From Lysobacter sp. (lineage in GTDB: Bacteria; Pseudomonadota; Gammaproteobacteria; Xanthomonadales; Xanthomonadaceae): 60,180 nt of DNA. Positions 33,127 to 44,468 of this stretch are shown piece by piece. The notes under the pieces are model-generated. The model was given only the letters and a program-made list of their open reading frames with translations, made no database searches and was not told the origin of the DNA. The stretch is from positions 1-60,180 of the forward strand of contig JBHADJ010000171.1 in NCBI GenBank assembly GCA_041855065.1, read 5' to 3'. The stretch's first letter is position 1; the number at the start of each line of letters is the position of its first letter. Position numbers and translations under genes: made by a program.

Positions 33127-33896
33127 GCGCTGCTCTCCTGCAAGGCGCGCAGTGCCACGGCAACCTGATCGGCGTGGGTGAGGAACGGGGCATGGCCGGC
33201 ATGTTCGATGACGGTATATTCGGCATTGCTCGGCAATGCGGCGGCGGCCTGCATGGCACGCGGATCCACCAACCGGTCACGACGGCCGGCAATCCAGTGC
33301 GAGGGACAAGGCAGACTTGCCAAATCGGCACGCAAATCGCTGTGCTCAAGCAAGGCCAGCCCATCCGCCAATATTTGCGGAGCAGGCTCGCCACGGGCAA
33401 ACAATGCGTCGCGCAGGCTGCGCAATTCTTCCTTGGCATGGTCGGAGCCGAATGCTTCCAGTGCCAGGAAGCGATCCAGCGTGGCGTGCCAGTCTTCCCG
33501 CAGGCCGCTGGCAAAGCCCTCGAAAACCTGCATCGGCATGCCGTGCGGCCAATCGGGCTTGCGCACGAAGCAGGGCGTTGCACACAACATGGCCAGGCCG
33601 CGCACCGGCAGCCCGGCACGTGCCGCCGCCAAAGCCACCAAGCCGCCCAGCGACCAGCCGCACCAGAGCGCATCGGCGGGCAAAGCATGTCGCAGTGCCT
33701 CCACGCAGCTCTGCAATTGCAAGGGCACGCTGCTGTGCCTGGAATGGCCATGACCGGGCAGATCCACCACGTGCAGGCGAAAGTCTTCGGCAAGCCGCGC
33801 CAGCAAGGGCGCAAATACGCCACCATGCATGGCCCAGCCATGCAGCAGCACCAAATCTGCGGCGCCGTGGCCGAGTGTCTGGATATGAAGGTTCAT
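33123..33896 (-). CDS. bioH: Pimeloyl-ACP methyl ester esterase
   Basis: LLHGWAM, DLPGHG, GWSLGG and GHAPFLTH. Start re-picked at 33896. Confidence 0.95.
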   Translation of the reverse strand: MNLHIQTLGHGAADLVLLHGWAMHGGVFAPLLARLAEDFRLHVVDLPGHGHSRHSSVPLQLQSCVEALRHALPADALWCGWSLGGLVALAAARAGLPVRGLAMLCATPCFVRKPDWPHGMPMQVFEGFASGLREDWHATLDRFLALEAFGSDHAKEELRSLRDALFARGEPAPQILADGLALLEHSDLRADLASLPCPSHWIAGRRDRLVDPRAMQAAAALPSNAEYTVIEHAGHAPFLTHADQVAVALRALQESSA

Positions 33897-34891
33897 GCGC
33901 CGTGATCGGTACGAGCTGCGCGCACTTCGCGCGGGTCTTGTTGCAGGCGGGGACGGGCAGCAAGCCAAGTGAACAACACGATGCCAAGCGTGACCAGCAG
34001 CGCGCCATACAGTGCGCCGCCACGCGGCCAGGCCTCCTGCAGAAGCATTGCGCCGAGCAAACTGGCAAATACCAGCTCGGCCGCCTGCATCGCTTCGGCC
34101 GCCGCCAGCGCCGTCGGGTTGTTGCGCACCATGCCGGTCGCCTTGAAAAACAGGATGGTGGCGATGACGCCGGCCGAAAGCGCCACGCCGGCGGCAAGCA
34201 GCATCTGCTCCCCCGAAGGCGCACCAGCACGCTGCCAGGCAAAGACGGCCAGCAACAGCCACAAAGGCTGGCTGGCCAGCGTCATGCCGAACACGCGCTG
34301 GGTAGCATCGAGCGTTTCGCCGGTTTTTTCCAGATGCAAAAGCAAAAGACGGTTGCCCAGCGGATAGCACAATGCCGACAACAGCACCACGGCCAAGGCC
34401 AGCCAGGCCGCCGCATCGAGTGCGCCATCGGCATGCGAAAGCTGCATCCACAACACCCCGGCCAGAATCAGCAGCGCCACACCCCAGATACTGGGCGGGA
34501 CATGACGCCGAGCATCCCGGTACAAAAACGGGGCACAGACAATTCCGGCAATGATGGTGAACTGGAAACTGCCCGCGATCAGCCAAGCCGGCCCTGAAGT
34601 GGCCGCAAAGGACAGCAGGCTGTAAAACAGCACAAACCCGATCGCACTGCACCCGAACCATGCCCAGGGATGTCTTGCAATCGCGCTCAACACCGGCTGG
34701 ACTCGCCCCCGCAGCAATGGCAGCAGCAGCGGCAGCGTGATGAAGTAACGCAGGCAGGCCGTCCATGCCCAATGCCCGCTATCATTGGCGCTGGCGCGAT
34801 TGAGCACGTAGGTCAGGGTGAAGAACAGCGCCGAGGCCAGTGCCAGGACAATCGCCAGAACCGCCTGACGCCCCTCCTGCGATGGGCTCAT
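33893..34891 (-). CDS. DMT-superfamily (YjlA-like) membrane transporter
   Basis: About 10 TM helices; [27 protein letters not shown] and ATILFFKAT. Confidence 0.85.
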   Translation of the reverse strand: MSPSQEGRQAVLAIVLALASALFFTLTYVLNRASANDSGHWAWTACLRYFITLPLLLPLLRGRVQPVLSAIARHPWAWFGCSAIGFVLFYSLLSFAATSGPAWLIAGSFQFTIIAGIVCAPFLYRDARRHVPPSIWGVALLILAGVLWMQLSHADGALDAAAWLALAVVLLSALCYPLGNRLLLLHLEKTGETLDATQRVFGMTLASQPLWLLLAVFAWQRAGAPSGEQMLLAAGVALSAGVIATILFFKATGMVRNNPTALAAAEAMQAAELVFASLLGAMLLQEAWPRGGALYGALLVTLGIVLFTWLAARPRLQQDPREVRAARTDHGA

Positions 34892-36075
34892 GCCTTGTCA
34901 CCCAGTTGCTCGCGTGCGCGGCACAGCGCCTCGATCAAGGCATCGACATCCTCCATCGCATGCAAGCTGGACAAGGTGATGCGCAGACGCGCACGACCTT
35001 CGGGAACCGTCGGCGGACGGATCGCCGTTACCAGAAAGCCCGCATCACGCAATGCCGAAGACATGGCCAGTGCCTGCTCGGCCGTTCCGCAAATCAAAGG
35101 TTGAATCGGTGTATCCGAATCCAGCAACTCGAAGCCGTGCCTCAGTGCGGCACTGCGCAGACGCAAGCTCAGCGCCAACAGTTTTTCCCGTCGCCAATGG
35201 TCGCGGCGCGCCACCTTGATCGCCGCCAGTGCCGCCGCTGCCTGTGCCCCCGGCAACGCGGTGGTGTACAGATAGGGGCGAGCTGTTTCGGCCAGATGGG
35301 CAATCAGCTCGGCATCACCGGCCACGATGGCGCCATGACTGCCCAATGCCTTGCCCAAGGTGAGCATCTGCAATGGCACTTCGTCGACACCGAGGTGGGC
35401 CGCCGCCACGCTGCCACGCCCTTCCGGGCCAACCACGCCGATGCCATGCGCGTCATCGACATACAGCACGGCATGCTGCACCTGTGCCACCAATGCCAGA
35501 TCCCGCAGGGGTGCGATATCGCCATCCATGCTGAACACGCCATCGGTCACCACCATCGCGGCACCGTCAGGCAGGCTGCGCAACTGCCGCAAAGCACCTT
35601 CGGCATCGGCATGCGGATAACGGCGCAAATGGCAGCCGGACAGGCGTGCACCGTCAATCAGGCTGGCATGGTTGAGCCGATCCTGCACGCACACATCGCC
35701 CTCGCCAAGAAACGCCTGAATCACCGCCAGATTGGCAGCCCAGCCGCTGGAGAACAGCAACGCCGCGGGTACTTGCAGCCACTCGGCCACGGTCTTTTCC
35801 AGCATCTCGTGCACGGCCAGATGACCGCACACCAAATGCGAAGCGATCCCGCCACTGCCGGTACGTCCCGCCTCATCTTGATGGGCAGCCACCACTGCAA
35901 AATTCTGGGCAAGGCCGAGATAATCGTTGCTACAAAAATTGACCAACCAGCGCCCGTCCACTTCCACCCGAATGCCGTTGCGACGCTGGACGCTCAGACG
36001 ATTGCGGCGCAAGTTCTTTTCCTCGCGCTGCTGCCTCGCTGCCGCTACCCGTTGTCGCAACGCAGGCCGTGTCAT
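34888..36075 (-). CDS. bioF: 8-amino-7-oxononanoate synthase
   Basis: [29 protein letters not shown] and TLGKALG. Confidence 0.96.
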   Translation of the reverse strand: MTRPALRQRVAAARQQREEKNLRRNRLSVQRRNGIRVEVDGRWLVNFCSNDYLGLAQNFAVVAAHQDEAGRTGSGGIASHLVCGHLAVHEMLEKTVAEWLQVPAALLFSSGWAANLAVIQAFLGEGDVCVQDRLNHASLIDGARLSGCHLRRYPHADAEGALRQLRSLPDGAAMVVTDGVFSMDGDIAPLRDLALVAQVQHAVLYVDDAHGIGVVGPEGRGSVAAAHLGVDEVPLQMLTLGKALGSHGAIVAGDAELIAHLAETARPYLYTTALPGAQAAAALAAIKVARRDHWRREKLLALSLRLRSAALRHGFELLDSDTPIQPLICGTAEQALAMSSALRDAGFLVTAIRPPTVPEGRARLRITLSSLHAMEDVDALIEALCRAREQLGDKA

Positions 36076-37121
36076 GCTGCCTCCGCATCCTGCGCGGGAG
36101 CCACGATGTCGGCATGCACGGTATCGCCGCAGCCATCGACATCGGCTCCAGCAAACGGCATCGGCTTCAACCCCAGACGGGCAAACAACGCCTCGTCGCG
36201 GCTGACTTCCGGATTGGCGGTGGTGAGCAGCTTCTCGCCGTGGAAAATGGAATTGGCACCGGCCATGAAGCACAGCGCCTGCAATTCGTCGCTCATCGTT
36301 TCGCGCCCGGCCGACAGACGCACCATCGAGCGCGGCATCAGGATGCGGGCCACGGCAATGGTGCGCACGAACTCGAACGGGTCCAGCTCCTTTTCCTCCG
36401 CCAACGGCGTGCCGGCCACCCGCACCAGCCGGTTGATCGGCACCGAATCCGGGTGCGCCGGCAAGGTCGCCAGGGTATGCAGCAGCCCCACCCGCTGCGC
36501 CCGGCTCTCACCCATGCCGACGATGCCGCCGCAGCAGGTCTTGAGCCCGGCATCGCGCACATGGGCAAGGGTGTCCAGCCGATCCTGATATTGCCGCGTG
36601 GTGATGACGTCGCCGTAGAAATCCGGCGCGGTATCGAGATTGTGGTTGTAGTAGTCCAGCCCGGCGTCCTTCAGCGCCCGAGCCTGCGGCTCGCTCAACA
36701 TGCCGAGAGTGGCGCAGGTTTCAAGGCCGAGCGCCTTCACCCCGGCGATCATTTCCGCCACCTTGGGAATATCGCGGTCTTTCGGGCTGCGCCAGGCCGC
36801 GCCCATGCAGAAGCGGCTGGCACCGGCCGCCTTCGCCTGGCGCGCCTTTTCCAGCACATCTTCGCAGGCCATCAGCTTGGTTGCCTCAACGCCGGTGTGA
36901 TAGCGCTGCGCCTGCGGGCAATAGCCGCAATCCTCCGGGCAGCCGCCGGTCTTGACCGAGAGCAGGGTCGATACCTGCACCTCGTCGGCATTGAAATGCG
37001 CCCGATGCACTCCGGCCGCACGGAACAGCAGCTCGGTAAACGGCAGGGCGAACAGGGCAGCGACTTCCTCGCGCGACCAATCATGACGAAGCGGCGGCAG
37101 GCCGACGGAGATCTCGGACAT
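36072..37121 (-). CDS. bioB: Biotin synthase
   Basis: Radical SAM motif CPEDCGYC; YNHNLDT; VRLSAGR. Confidence 0.98.
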   Translation of the reverse strand: MSEISVGLPPLRHDWSREEVAALFALPFTELLFRAAGVHRAHFNADEVQVSTLLSVKTGGCPEDCGYCPQAQRYHTGVEATKLMACEDVLEKARQAKAAGASRFCMGAAWRSPKDRDIPKVAEMIAGVKALGLETCATLGMLSEPQARALKDAGLDYYNHNLDTAPDFYGDVITTRQYQDRLDTLAHVRDAGLKTCCGGIVGMGESRAQRVGLLHTLATLPAHPDSVPINRLVRVAGTPLAEEKELDPFEFVRTIAVARILMPRSMVRLSAGRETMSDELQALCFMAGANSIFHGEKLLTTANPEVSRDEALFARLGLKPMPFAGADVDGCGDTVHADIVAPAQDAEAA

Positions 37122-37163
37122 ATCTGACAGACAAGCGAAAAATAAAAGCGCAGTCTGGGAAGC

Positions 37164-37898
37164 ATGAAGATGCCTGTCAACTTTTTTGCCCATTCCGCGC
37201 TGCTTGCGGCAAGTCGTTGGTTGTGGCCACTGCGCTGTCTGGTCTGTGCAGCTGCAGGCAATCCTGCCAGCGGGCTTGATCTGTGCCAGGACTGCGAGCA
37301 TGCACTGCCCTGGAACACACATGCTTGTCTGCGCTGCGCAATGCCCTTGCCAGGAGCGGATGGCGGCACCCTTTGCGGTGCCTGCCTTGCTCGCCGGAAC
37401 GCACCGCTTGACCAGGTCCATGCGTGTTTCCGTTACACCGCCCCGCTGGACAGATTGTTGCCCGCATTCAAATTCCATCAATCGCTGGCGGCCGGACGAC
37501 TGATTACCCAGCTCATGGCAAAGCAATGGCAACGACAGAAAATCCCGCGTCCGGATCTGGTCATTCCCATTCCCCTGCACGTTGGCCGATTGCGTCAGCG
37601 TGGCTACGATCAGGCACTGGAAATCGCCCGGCCATTAGCGCGCGCACTCGCGCTGCCGCTGGCACAACATGCGCTGTATCGTCTGCGCGCCACCCATGCC
37701 CAGTCCGAGCTGGACAAGGCAGCACGCAAGCGCAATCTGCGCAATGCCTTTGCCCTGCACGCAAAACATCCCCTGCCCGCCCACGTCGCCCTGATTGACG
37801 ACGTGATGACCACTGGCGCCACACTCGAATCCGCCGCCCTTGCCCTGCGTCGTGCTGGCGTCCGGCGCGTGGATGCCTGGGTATGCGCCCGCGCCTGA
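37164..37898 (+). CDS. comF: ComF family protein
   Basis: Four CxxC pairs; RGYDQA; PRPP motif [11 protein letters not shown]. Confidence 0.92.
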   Translation: MKMPVNFFAHSALLAASRWLWPLRCLVCAAAGNPASGLDLCQDCEHALPWNTHACLRCAMPLPGADGGTLCGACLARRNAPLDQVHACFRYTAPLDRLLPAFKFHQSLAAGRLITQLMAKQWQRQKIPRPDLVIPIPLHVGRLRQRGYDQALEIARPLARALALPLAQHALYRLRATHAQSELDKAARKRNLRNAFALHAKHPLPAHVALIDDVMTTGATLESAALALRRAGVRRVDAWVCARA

Positions 37899-37986
37899 TG
37901 GTTTTGGCATCATCATTCCTGTCTTCTTAAGCCTTTCTGGGCGAAGATAGCAGCGTTTTTTCGACCCATTTTGCTTCGCACGTGCC

Positions 37987-38775
37987 GTGAATACCCTCCC
38001 TGCCCCCGCCGTACTGCTGCAAAACCTCCGCTTGGTACGCGGTGGCCGGGTCATTCTGGACAACATCAACTTGCACGTCCCCAAAGGCAGCATCACCGCC
38101 ATCCTGGGGCCCTCGGGATGCGGCAAGTCCACCTTGCTTTCCGCACTGACCGGCGAGCTCGTTCCAGCACAGGGGCGAGCGGAAATCTTTGGTGAGCCGG
38201 TTCCGCAGGCCGCCCGCGAGTTACTGGCGATGCGCAAACGCTTCATCGGCATGCTGCTGCAGGGTAACGGCCTGCTGACCGATTTGACCGCTGCCGAGAA
38301 CGTTGCGCTGCCTTTGCGCACGCATACCCGCCTGCCTGCTGCCGTCATCGACACGCTGGTGGAAATGAAGCTGCATGCCGTTGGCCTGCGGGCAATCGGC
38401 AATCTGTATCCGCGCGAGCTTTCCGGCGGCATGGCACGCCGAGTGGCGCTGGCGCGCGCGCTGGCGCTCGACCCGCCGCTGATGATCTACGATGAGCCGC
38501 TGACCGGGCTGGATCCAATTGCGTCGGGCGTCATCATGAGCCTCATTGCCCGACTCAACCGCACGCTTGGCCTGACCAGCATCATCGTCACCCATCATGT
38601 CCACGAGACACTGCCGATTGCCGACCATGCCGTGGTAATGGCCAATGGCGGCATCGTGTTCGACGGCACCCCGGATACCTTGCAAGCCAGCCCGGATCCG
38701 CTGGTGCAGCAGTTCCTGCAAGGCGCGCCGGATGGCCCGATCGCCTTCGACAGCCCTTCAAGGAGCGCTGCATGA
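37987..38775 (+). CDS. mlaF: Mla/Ttg2 ABC transporter ATPase
   Basis: GPSGCGKS, LSGGMARR and YDEPLTGLDP. Confidence 0.93.
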   Translation: MNTLPAPAVLLQNLRLVRGGRVILDNINLHVPKGSITAILGPSGCGKSTLLSALTGELVPAQGRAEIFGEPVPQAARELLAMRKRFIGMLLQGNGLLTDLTAAENVALPLRTHTRLPAAVIDTLVEMKLHAVGLRAIGNLYPRELSGGMARRVALARALALDPPLMIYDEPLTGLDPIASGVIMSLIARLNRTLGLTSIIVTHHVHETLPIADHAVVMANGGIVFDGTPDTLQASPDPLVQQFLQGAPDGPIAFDSPSRSAA

Positions 38776-39521
38776 ATATCGCCGCCATCCTGCGCAGCGT
38801 CGGTCAGGCCGGGCTGTTTTCCTTCCAAGTGTTGCGCGCCTCGCGGCCGACACGCGACCTGTTTGCCGAACTGGTGCGGGAAATCTACAAAATCGGCGCC
38901 CGCTCGCTGCCCATCATTGCCGTGGGTGGCGCATTTGTCGGGCTTTCGGTGATTCTGCTCGGCTACCGTGCGCTTGATACCTACGGTGCCAGCAACCAAG
39001 TCAGCCTGATGCTTGGCCTGGGCCTGTACCGCGAGCTGGCACCGGTGTTGACTGCCTTGCTGTTCATCGGCCGAGCCGGCTCCTCCATCGCGGCAGAACT
39101 GGGCCTGATGCGCGCGACCGATCAGATTACCGCCCTTGGTCTGATGGCGATTGACCCCATGGCCAAAGTGGTGGCGCCCCGCTTCTGGGCAGCGGTGATT
39201 GCCGTGCCGCTCTTGACCGGATTTTTCATCAGTTTTGCCATTCTGGCCGGCTGGTTCGAGGCCGTGCATGTGCTCGGGCTGGACTCGGGCACGTTCTGGC
39301 AGGTGATGAAGGATGCGGTGGATTTCCGCGACGACTTCCTCGGCGCCTTCCTCAAGGCCGGCGTGTTCGGGGCAGTCTCCGCGCTGGTGGCCAGTTTTGT
39401 CGGCTTCCACTCCGAGCCCACCATCGAAGGCACTTCGGTTGCCACCACCCGTGCGGTGGTGAATGCTTCGCTGCTGGTGCTGATGTTCAACTTCGTTCTG
39501 TCGGCCTTGATGTTCCGCTGA
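38772..39521 (+). CDS. mlaE: Mla permease
   Basis: RELAPVLTALLFIGRAGSSIAAELG.M..TDQ. Confidence 0.95.
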   Translation: MNIAAILRSVGQAGLFSFQVLRASRPTRDLFAELVREIYKIGARSLPIIAVGGAFVGLSVILLGYRALDTYGASNQVSLMLGLGLYRELAPVLTALLFIGRAGSSIAAELGLMRATDQITALGLMAIDPMAKVVAPRFWAAVIAVPLLTGFFISFAILAGWFEAVHVLGLDSGTFWQVMKDAVDFRDDFLGAFLKAGVFGAVSALVASFVGFHSEPTIEGTSVATTRAVVNASLLVLMFNFVLSALMFR

Positions 39522-39541
39522 CATCACTACAGGTAATCCCC

Positions 39542-40075
39542 ATGAGTCTGCGTGGTCCCCGTCTTGAATTTGCCGTCGGCAGCTTCCTGCTGCTGGCATT
39601 GGCCACCCTGCTGGTTCTGGCACTGGCTTCCACCAATGGCCAGCTCGGCCTGTCCAAGGCCAGCTATCCCCTAAAAGCACGCTTCACCAGCATCGGCCAA
39701 TTGCGCGTCAATGGGCCGGTCAAGATCGGTGGCGTCACCATTGGCCGCATCACCGACATTGAGCTGGATCCGGAGCGCTTCGATGCACAGGTCACGCTTG
39801 CCATCGACAGCAAATTCAATGCCCTGCCCGCCGATACCATGGCGGGCGTATTCACCAGCGGTCTGCTCGGCGAGGCCTATATCGGCCTGCAACCTGGCGG
39901 CGACATGGAGATGCTGAAGGCAGGCGACGAAATCGCCTTCACCCAGCCCGCCGTCGATCTGCTGCAACTGGCCGGCAAGTACATGTTCGGCGGCAGTGGC
40001 GGCAGTGAAAGCAACAAGGGCTCCGACATGCCCGATTCAGGCAGCGCACAAGAAGATGCGCCCCAGCAACCTTGA
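39542..40075 (+). CDS. mlaD: Mla MCE-domain protein
   Basis: EFAVGSF, VKIGGVTIGR and TSGLLGEAYI. Confidence 0.95.
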   Translation: MSLRGPRLEFAVGSFLLLALATLLVLALASTNGQLGLSKASYPLKARFTSIGQLRVNGPVKIGGVTIGRITDIELDPERFDAQVTLAIDSKFNALPADTMAGVFTSGLLGEAYIGLQPGGDMEMLKAGDEIAFTQPAVDLLQLAGKYMFGGSGGSESNKGSDMPDSGSAQEDAPQQP

Positions 40076-40097
40076 AGAAACACACCGGAGTTGATCG

Positions 40098-40751
40098 ATG
40101 ACCCGCCCCCTGTTCTCCCTGACCGTTGTCGCCATCCTGACCATCGGCAGTGCCCTGCCGCTTGCCGCACAGCAACGGGCACCGGCAGTCGGCAATACCC
40201 AGACCAACTCTGCCAGCCGCGTCGTGCTCGACAACAGCACGCGCATCCTGGCCACGCTGGAAAGCCGACGCGCCGAATTCCGCCGCAATCCGAGCGCACT
40301 CAACAGCTTCATCAATACCGAATTCAACCAGCTGTTCGACCGCGATTACAGCGCGCGTCTGGTGCTGGGTCAGCACCAGCGTGCTGCCAGTGATGCCGAA
40401 ATCCGCCAGTTTGCCGATGCCATGGCCGAAAGCCTGATGAAGACCTACGGCACCGCTCTGCTGGATTTCAATACATCGCTGCGAGTGCGGGTACGCTCGG
40501 AAACCGCGCTCCCGGGCGGACGTGGCGTGCGTGTCTCCACGGAACTTGTCCGCAGCGGAGGCGCGCCGGTACCGGTGGACTATCTGCTGCGCCAGGTCGG
40601 CGGGCAATGGAAGCTGTTCGACGTGATGGTGGAGGGAGTTTCCTATGTGCAGAACTTCCGCAATCAACTCGCCACACCCCTTGCGCAACGCGGCATCCGT
40701 ACCGTCACCAGCGAACTGCGCAGTGGTCGGGTACAGGTCGATGTCAAGTAA
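40098..40751 (+). CDS. mlaC: Periplasmic phospholipid-binding protein
   Basis: Signal peptide; WKLFDVMVEGVSYVQNFR. Confidence 0.93.
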   Translation: MTRPLFSLTVVAILTIGSALPLAAQQRAPAVGNTQTNSASRVVLDNSTRILATLESRRAEFRRNPSALNSFINTEFNQLFDRDYSARLVLGQHQRAASDAEIRQFADAMAESLMKTYGTALLDFNTSLRVRVRSETALPGGRGVRVSTELVRSGGAPVPVDYLLRQVGGQWKLFDVMVEGVSYVQNFRNQLATPLAQRGIRTVTSELRSGRVQVDVK

Positions 40752-41037
40752 TGCACCTTTGCAACTGACGCGGGAAGCCGCCTCGCTGGTATTCAGCGGG
40801 GCACTGTTGCGCGAGGCCATCACTCCGGCACGATTGCGCGAAGCCGAGCACCTATGCAAGGGTGCCGCAACCTTTGATCTTGCCGCCGTGACCGCCATCG
40901 ACAGTGCCGGGCTGGCATTTCTTGTCACCTTGGCCAAAACGCTTCCCGCACTGCAAATCCATACTTCTCCTGACGGCTTCCCCGATCTGTGCTCGGCCTA
41001 TCGGTTGGATGCCCGGCTGGCTTTCGCCAACGGCTGA
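40741..41037 (+). CDS. mlaB: STAS domain protein
   Basis: DLAAVTAIDSAGLA; position within the operon. Confidence 0.85.
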   Translation: MSSNAPLQLTREAASLVFSGALLREAITPARLREAEHLCKGAATFDLAAVTAIDSAGLAFLVTLAKTLPALQIHTSPDGFPDLCSAYRLDARLAFANG

Positions 41038-41046
41038 AACTCTGTC

Positions 41047-42207
41047 ATGCTGTCTTCCCGCCTCACGAATGGCTCGCTTCTCCTCGCCCTGACGCTTGCG
41101 CTCGGTGCCTGCAACAGCACGCCCAAGCCATCCGCAACGCCTCCGCAAAGCATAAACACGGCAACCGATCATCCGACCGCCGTCGTGCCGGATGCCCATG
41201 CCACAGCAACGTTGCAGTCCGCGACAACCCCGGTTTCGCAGAACCTGCAGGGTGAAACCCGGATCGCGGAAGTCGCCATCATCAAGGAGCTGCCTGCCAG
41301 CACCGACGATACAACGGCCGCAATCCCCCAAGCCCCTGCCCAAGATACCTCCCCAGCACCGGCAGGCACCAGCGAGCAGGAGCAAGTGCTGCCTGCGCTG
41401 CCGATCGAGGAGGATTTTGCCCTGCTGTACGGCAATGCCGAATACAACCCGGTCGCCGATCCAACCCTGCCGCCATCCGTGCAGATGCCGGAAATTTTCG
41501 ACCCGTGGGAGGGTTTCAACCGGCGGGTGAACACGTTCAACAGCGTCTTCGATCGCGTCATTGCACGCCCTATCGCGCGCGCCTATGTCTGGCTGCTGCC
41601 ACGCCCGATCCGCCTTGGCATCAGCAATTTCTTCGACAACCTCGGCCAGCCGGCCAATGCCCTCAATGCCTTGCTGCAAGGACGCCCCAAGGACGCCGGT
41701 TATGCCATGGTGCGTTTCATCATCAACAGCACGGCCGGACTTGGCGGCTTCTTCAACCCGGCCGGCAAGCTCGACATTCCCTACATAGACGAAGATTTCG
41801 GACAGACGCTGGCCGTTTGGGGCTGGCGCAACTCCCGCTATCTGGAGCTGCCTTTCTTCGGGCCACGTACCGTGCGGGATACTTTCGGCCTCATTGGCGA
41901 CGCACCGCTTTCGGCACCACGCTACATCGAAAGAGACCGTATCCGGCTGCTTGTCCAGGGCTTTCAGGTCGTCGATCTGCGTGCACGCCTTCTCGCCATT
42001 GACAGCATGCGAGGCGACGCCTTCGACGAGTACATCCTGCTGCGCGATGCCTGGTCGCAACGGCGCAACTATCAAATCACCCGGGACCTGAAGCACCAGG
42101 ACGCCGTCGAGAGCAACGACCTGCCTGACTACCTCAACGATCCCGAGGAAAATCCAAGCCTTCCGGCCGAGGTGGTTCCGATTCCGCTGCCAATTCCCGC
42201 CCAGTAA
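41047..42207 (+). CDS. mlaA: VacJ/MlaA lipoprotein with long N-terminal linker
   Basis: Lipobox LGAC; DPWEGFNR, RFIINST, EDFGQTL and LPFFGP. Confidence 0.95.
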   Translation: MLSSRLTNGSLLLALTLALGACNSTPKPSATPPQSINTATDHPTAVVPDAHATATLQSATTPVSQNLQGETRIAEVAIIKELPASTDDTTAAIPQAPAQDTSPAPAGTSEQEQVLPALPIEEDFALLYGNAEYNPVADPTLPPSVQMPEIFDPWEGFNRRVNTFNSVFDRVIARPIARAYVWLLPRPIRLGISNFFDNLGQPANALNALLQGRPKDAGYAMVRFIINSTAGLGGFFNPAGKLDIPYIDEDFGQTLAVWGWRNSRYLELPFFGPRTVRDTFGLIGDAPLSAPRYIERDRIRLLVQGFQVVDLRARLLAIDSMRGDAFDEYILLRDAWSQRRNYQITRDLKHQDAVESNDLPDYLNDPEENPSLPAEVVPIPLPIPAQ

Positions 42208-42311
42208 ACCGGACAAGGCAACGCCTCGGCACAAGCGGCTCTGATTCCCCCATTCCCTATTGCACGCCCGCTTGGCATCATGGCGGCTCTTTGGCGATTT
42301 CGGGGGCGTTC

Positions 42312-42908
42312 ATGCAAGGCTGTCATGCGGCTGCAGAAGAAGTTGTCGGGCTTTCGGCACTGGTCGCCGCGCTCGACCGAGCACTTGCCAAGGCCGGCAA
42401 TGCCCCGGCTCAGGCAGTGGCCGATACCTTGGCCACACACGTGACACGGGGCGAGTTGCAATTGCCTCCAGCCTTCTCGCACACCCGTGCCGAGCAGCAC
42501 ATGCGCCGCCAGATTCATCACAGTACGTCGCTCGGCTATTGCATCGTGGTGATGAGCTGGGCGGCGGGTCAGGGCACGCCGATTCACGACCATGGCGGTG
42601 CCTGGTGCAGCGATTGCCTGATCGAAGGGCAACTGCAAACCACCCTTTTCCGAATTGCCGGCCAGGACGGCTCGCATTACCGGCTGACGCAATATGCACA
42701 GCGACAGGCCAGCCTGCCCGGCAGCCATGAGGCACTGCATTCGGATGCCGAGTTGCATGCCGTCTGCAACCCCGGGCAGCAAACGGCGATTTCGCTGCAC
42801 GTCTACCAGCAACCACTGCATGCCTGCGGCGTCTATCTTCCCGATCCGGCACGACCCGGCCATTACCTGCGCGAATCACTCTCCCTGCAACTGGAGGCGC
42901 AGACATGA
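42312..42908 (+). CDS. Cysteine dioxygenase-like cupin
   Basis: W..GQGTPIHDH, ELHAV and SLHVY (3-His site plus Ser-His-Tyr motif). Confidence 0.85.
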   Translation: MQGCHAAAEEVVGLSALVAALDRALAKAGNAPAQAVADTLATHVTRGELQLPPAFSHTRAEQHMRRQIHHSTSLGYCIVVMSWAAGQGTPIHDHGGAWCSDCLIEGQLQTTLFRIAGQDGSHYRLTQYAQRQASLPGSHEALHSDAELHAVCNPGQQTAISLHVYQQPLHACGVYLPDPARPGHYLRESLSLQLEAQT

Positions 42909-44320
42909 AAATCGCCATCGTCGGTGCCGGCTTCTCCGGCAGCACCCTTGCCATCGAACTTGTGCAGAAAATCGCACAAGACACGTCTTTTTCCCTGATC
43001 CTGCTGAACGACCAGGGTCAGCCCGGTACCGGTATCGCCTATGGCCAAGCCAGACCCGAGCATCTGCTCAACGTCCGCGCAGCGGACATGGGTGCCTGCG
43101 CCGACAACAAGGCGGATTTCGCCGAGGCACTCGCCCTGGACGAAGCCGAGCGCCGCGGTTTTCTGCCGCGCCTGCGCTATGGCGACTATCTGCACCGCCG
43201 CATTGCCGAGACAGTGTCCCGATATCCACAACATCTCTCCCTGGTGAGCGGTGCGGCTCGTTCAATCACACGGACGGCACAAGGTGGTTTCGTCATTCAA
43301 CGGGCAGATAATGCGCCCCCCCTGCATTGCGATGTCGTGGTGTTGGCCACCGGCGCCTTACCGCCACTGCCTCTGACCGGGGTTGCCCCGGCACTGCTGC
43401 AAAGCCCGGCCTATATCGCCTCCCCTTGGCAGGACGGTGCACTTGACCATGTTCCTGCCACTGGTCGGGTATTGATTGTCGGTGCCGGGCTCACCATGGC
43501 CGATATCGTGCTGTCGCTGCACCAGCGCGGCTTCCACGGAACCATCACCACACTGTCCCGGCGCGGACTGGCGCCGCTTGCCCATACCGAGCAGCCAGCG
43601 GCACCTGTTACCTTGCCCGAGGATGTCCGCGCAGCCTTGGCACATGCCCGTGTGCGCCCGCTTGCTCATGCCTTGATCCGAGCCGCCCGCAAGGCAAATG
43701 ACTGGCGGCCACTGATCGATGCCATGCGTCCGCATACTCAGGATTTCTGGCAAAGCCTTGATGCCAGTGAGCGGGCACGCTTCATACGGCATTTGGCACC
43801 TTACTGGGACATTCATCGGCATCGACTGGCTCCCGGAGTGGACGCGCATCTGCATCACGCTCGCCAGCAAGGATGCCTGCAATCACTGGCCGCCCGCCTC
43901 GTCGAAGCGCATCCTGCCCCATGCGGTGGCGTGGACGTACGCTTTCAGGCGCGCGGTCAACAGACGCAACAGACTGCACATTTCGACGTGCTGATCCGCG
44001 CCACCGGGCTGGAAACCCAGCTGGCACGGACACCTCACCCACTGTTGGCGCAGTTGCGTGATGACGGGCTCGTGCAAGGCGATGCGCTCGGACTCGGGCT
44101 GCGCGTGGATGCGCAATTGCGCACGATTGGCCGTGACGGCAAGGCCGTTGCCGGCCTGTACTATCTCGGCCCGCTGCTGCGTGCCGATTTCTGGGAGCTG
44201 ATCGCGGTTCCGGACCTGCGGGTCGCGGCACGCGATCTGGCACGCCATCTGGCCGAGCGTGCCGACAAACCATCGGATGACGGAGGATTGAGCCAGCACA
44301 CATCCGCCGCAAGCCGGTAG
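42905..44320 (+). CDS. FAD/NAD(P)-binding protein (YdhS-like)
   Basis: IVGAGFSG, HLLNV, PR..YGDYL, GAGLTMAD and WDIHRHR; ATGA overlap with the cupin gene. Confidence 0.88.
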   Translation: MKIAIVGAGFSGSTLAIELVQKIAQDTSFSLILLNDQGQPGTGIAYGQARPEHLLNVRAADMGACADNKADFAEALALDEAERRGFLPRLRYGDYLHRRIAETVSRYPQHLSLVSGAARSITRTAQGGFVIQRADNAPPLHCDVVVLATGALPPLPLTGVAPALLQSPAYIASPWQDGALDHVPATGRVLIVGAGLTMADIVLSLHQRGFHGTITTLSRRGLAPLAHTEQPAAPVTLPEDVRAALAHARVRPLAHALIRAARKANDWRPLIDAMRPHTQDFWQSLDASERARFIRHLAPYWDIHRHRLAPGVDAHLHHARQQGCLQSLAARLVEAHPAPCGGVDVRFQARGQQTQQTAHFDVLIRATGLETQLARTPHPLLAQLRDDGLVQGDALGLGLRVDAQLRTIGRDGKAVAGLYYLGPLLRADFWELIAVPDLRVAARDLARHLAERADKPSDDGGLSQHTSAASR

Positions 44321-44468
44321 GCACGGCACTACTACCGCCTCTCGGACAAGAGGCTTGATCAAGCATGTAATAACTGACAATAGCGCAACCTGCGCTTCAC
44401 GGCACTTTGTTCCGCTACTGCGGCGTTTAAAGATCATATGCCTGCGCATCAATGGCAAGGCACCGCTA

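Noticed and set aside
37175-37205. BirA operator upstream of bioB
   Set aside because: Only one half-site (TGTCAAC); no matching GTTGACA/GTTTACA arm at the expected distance.
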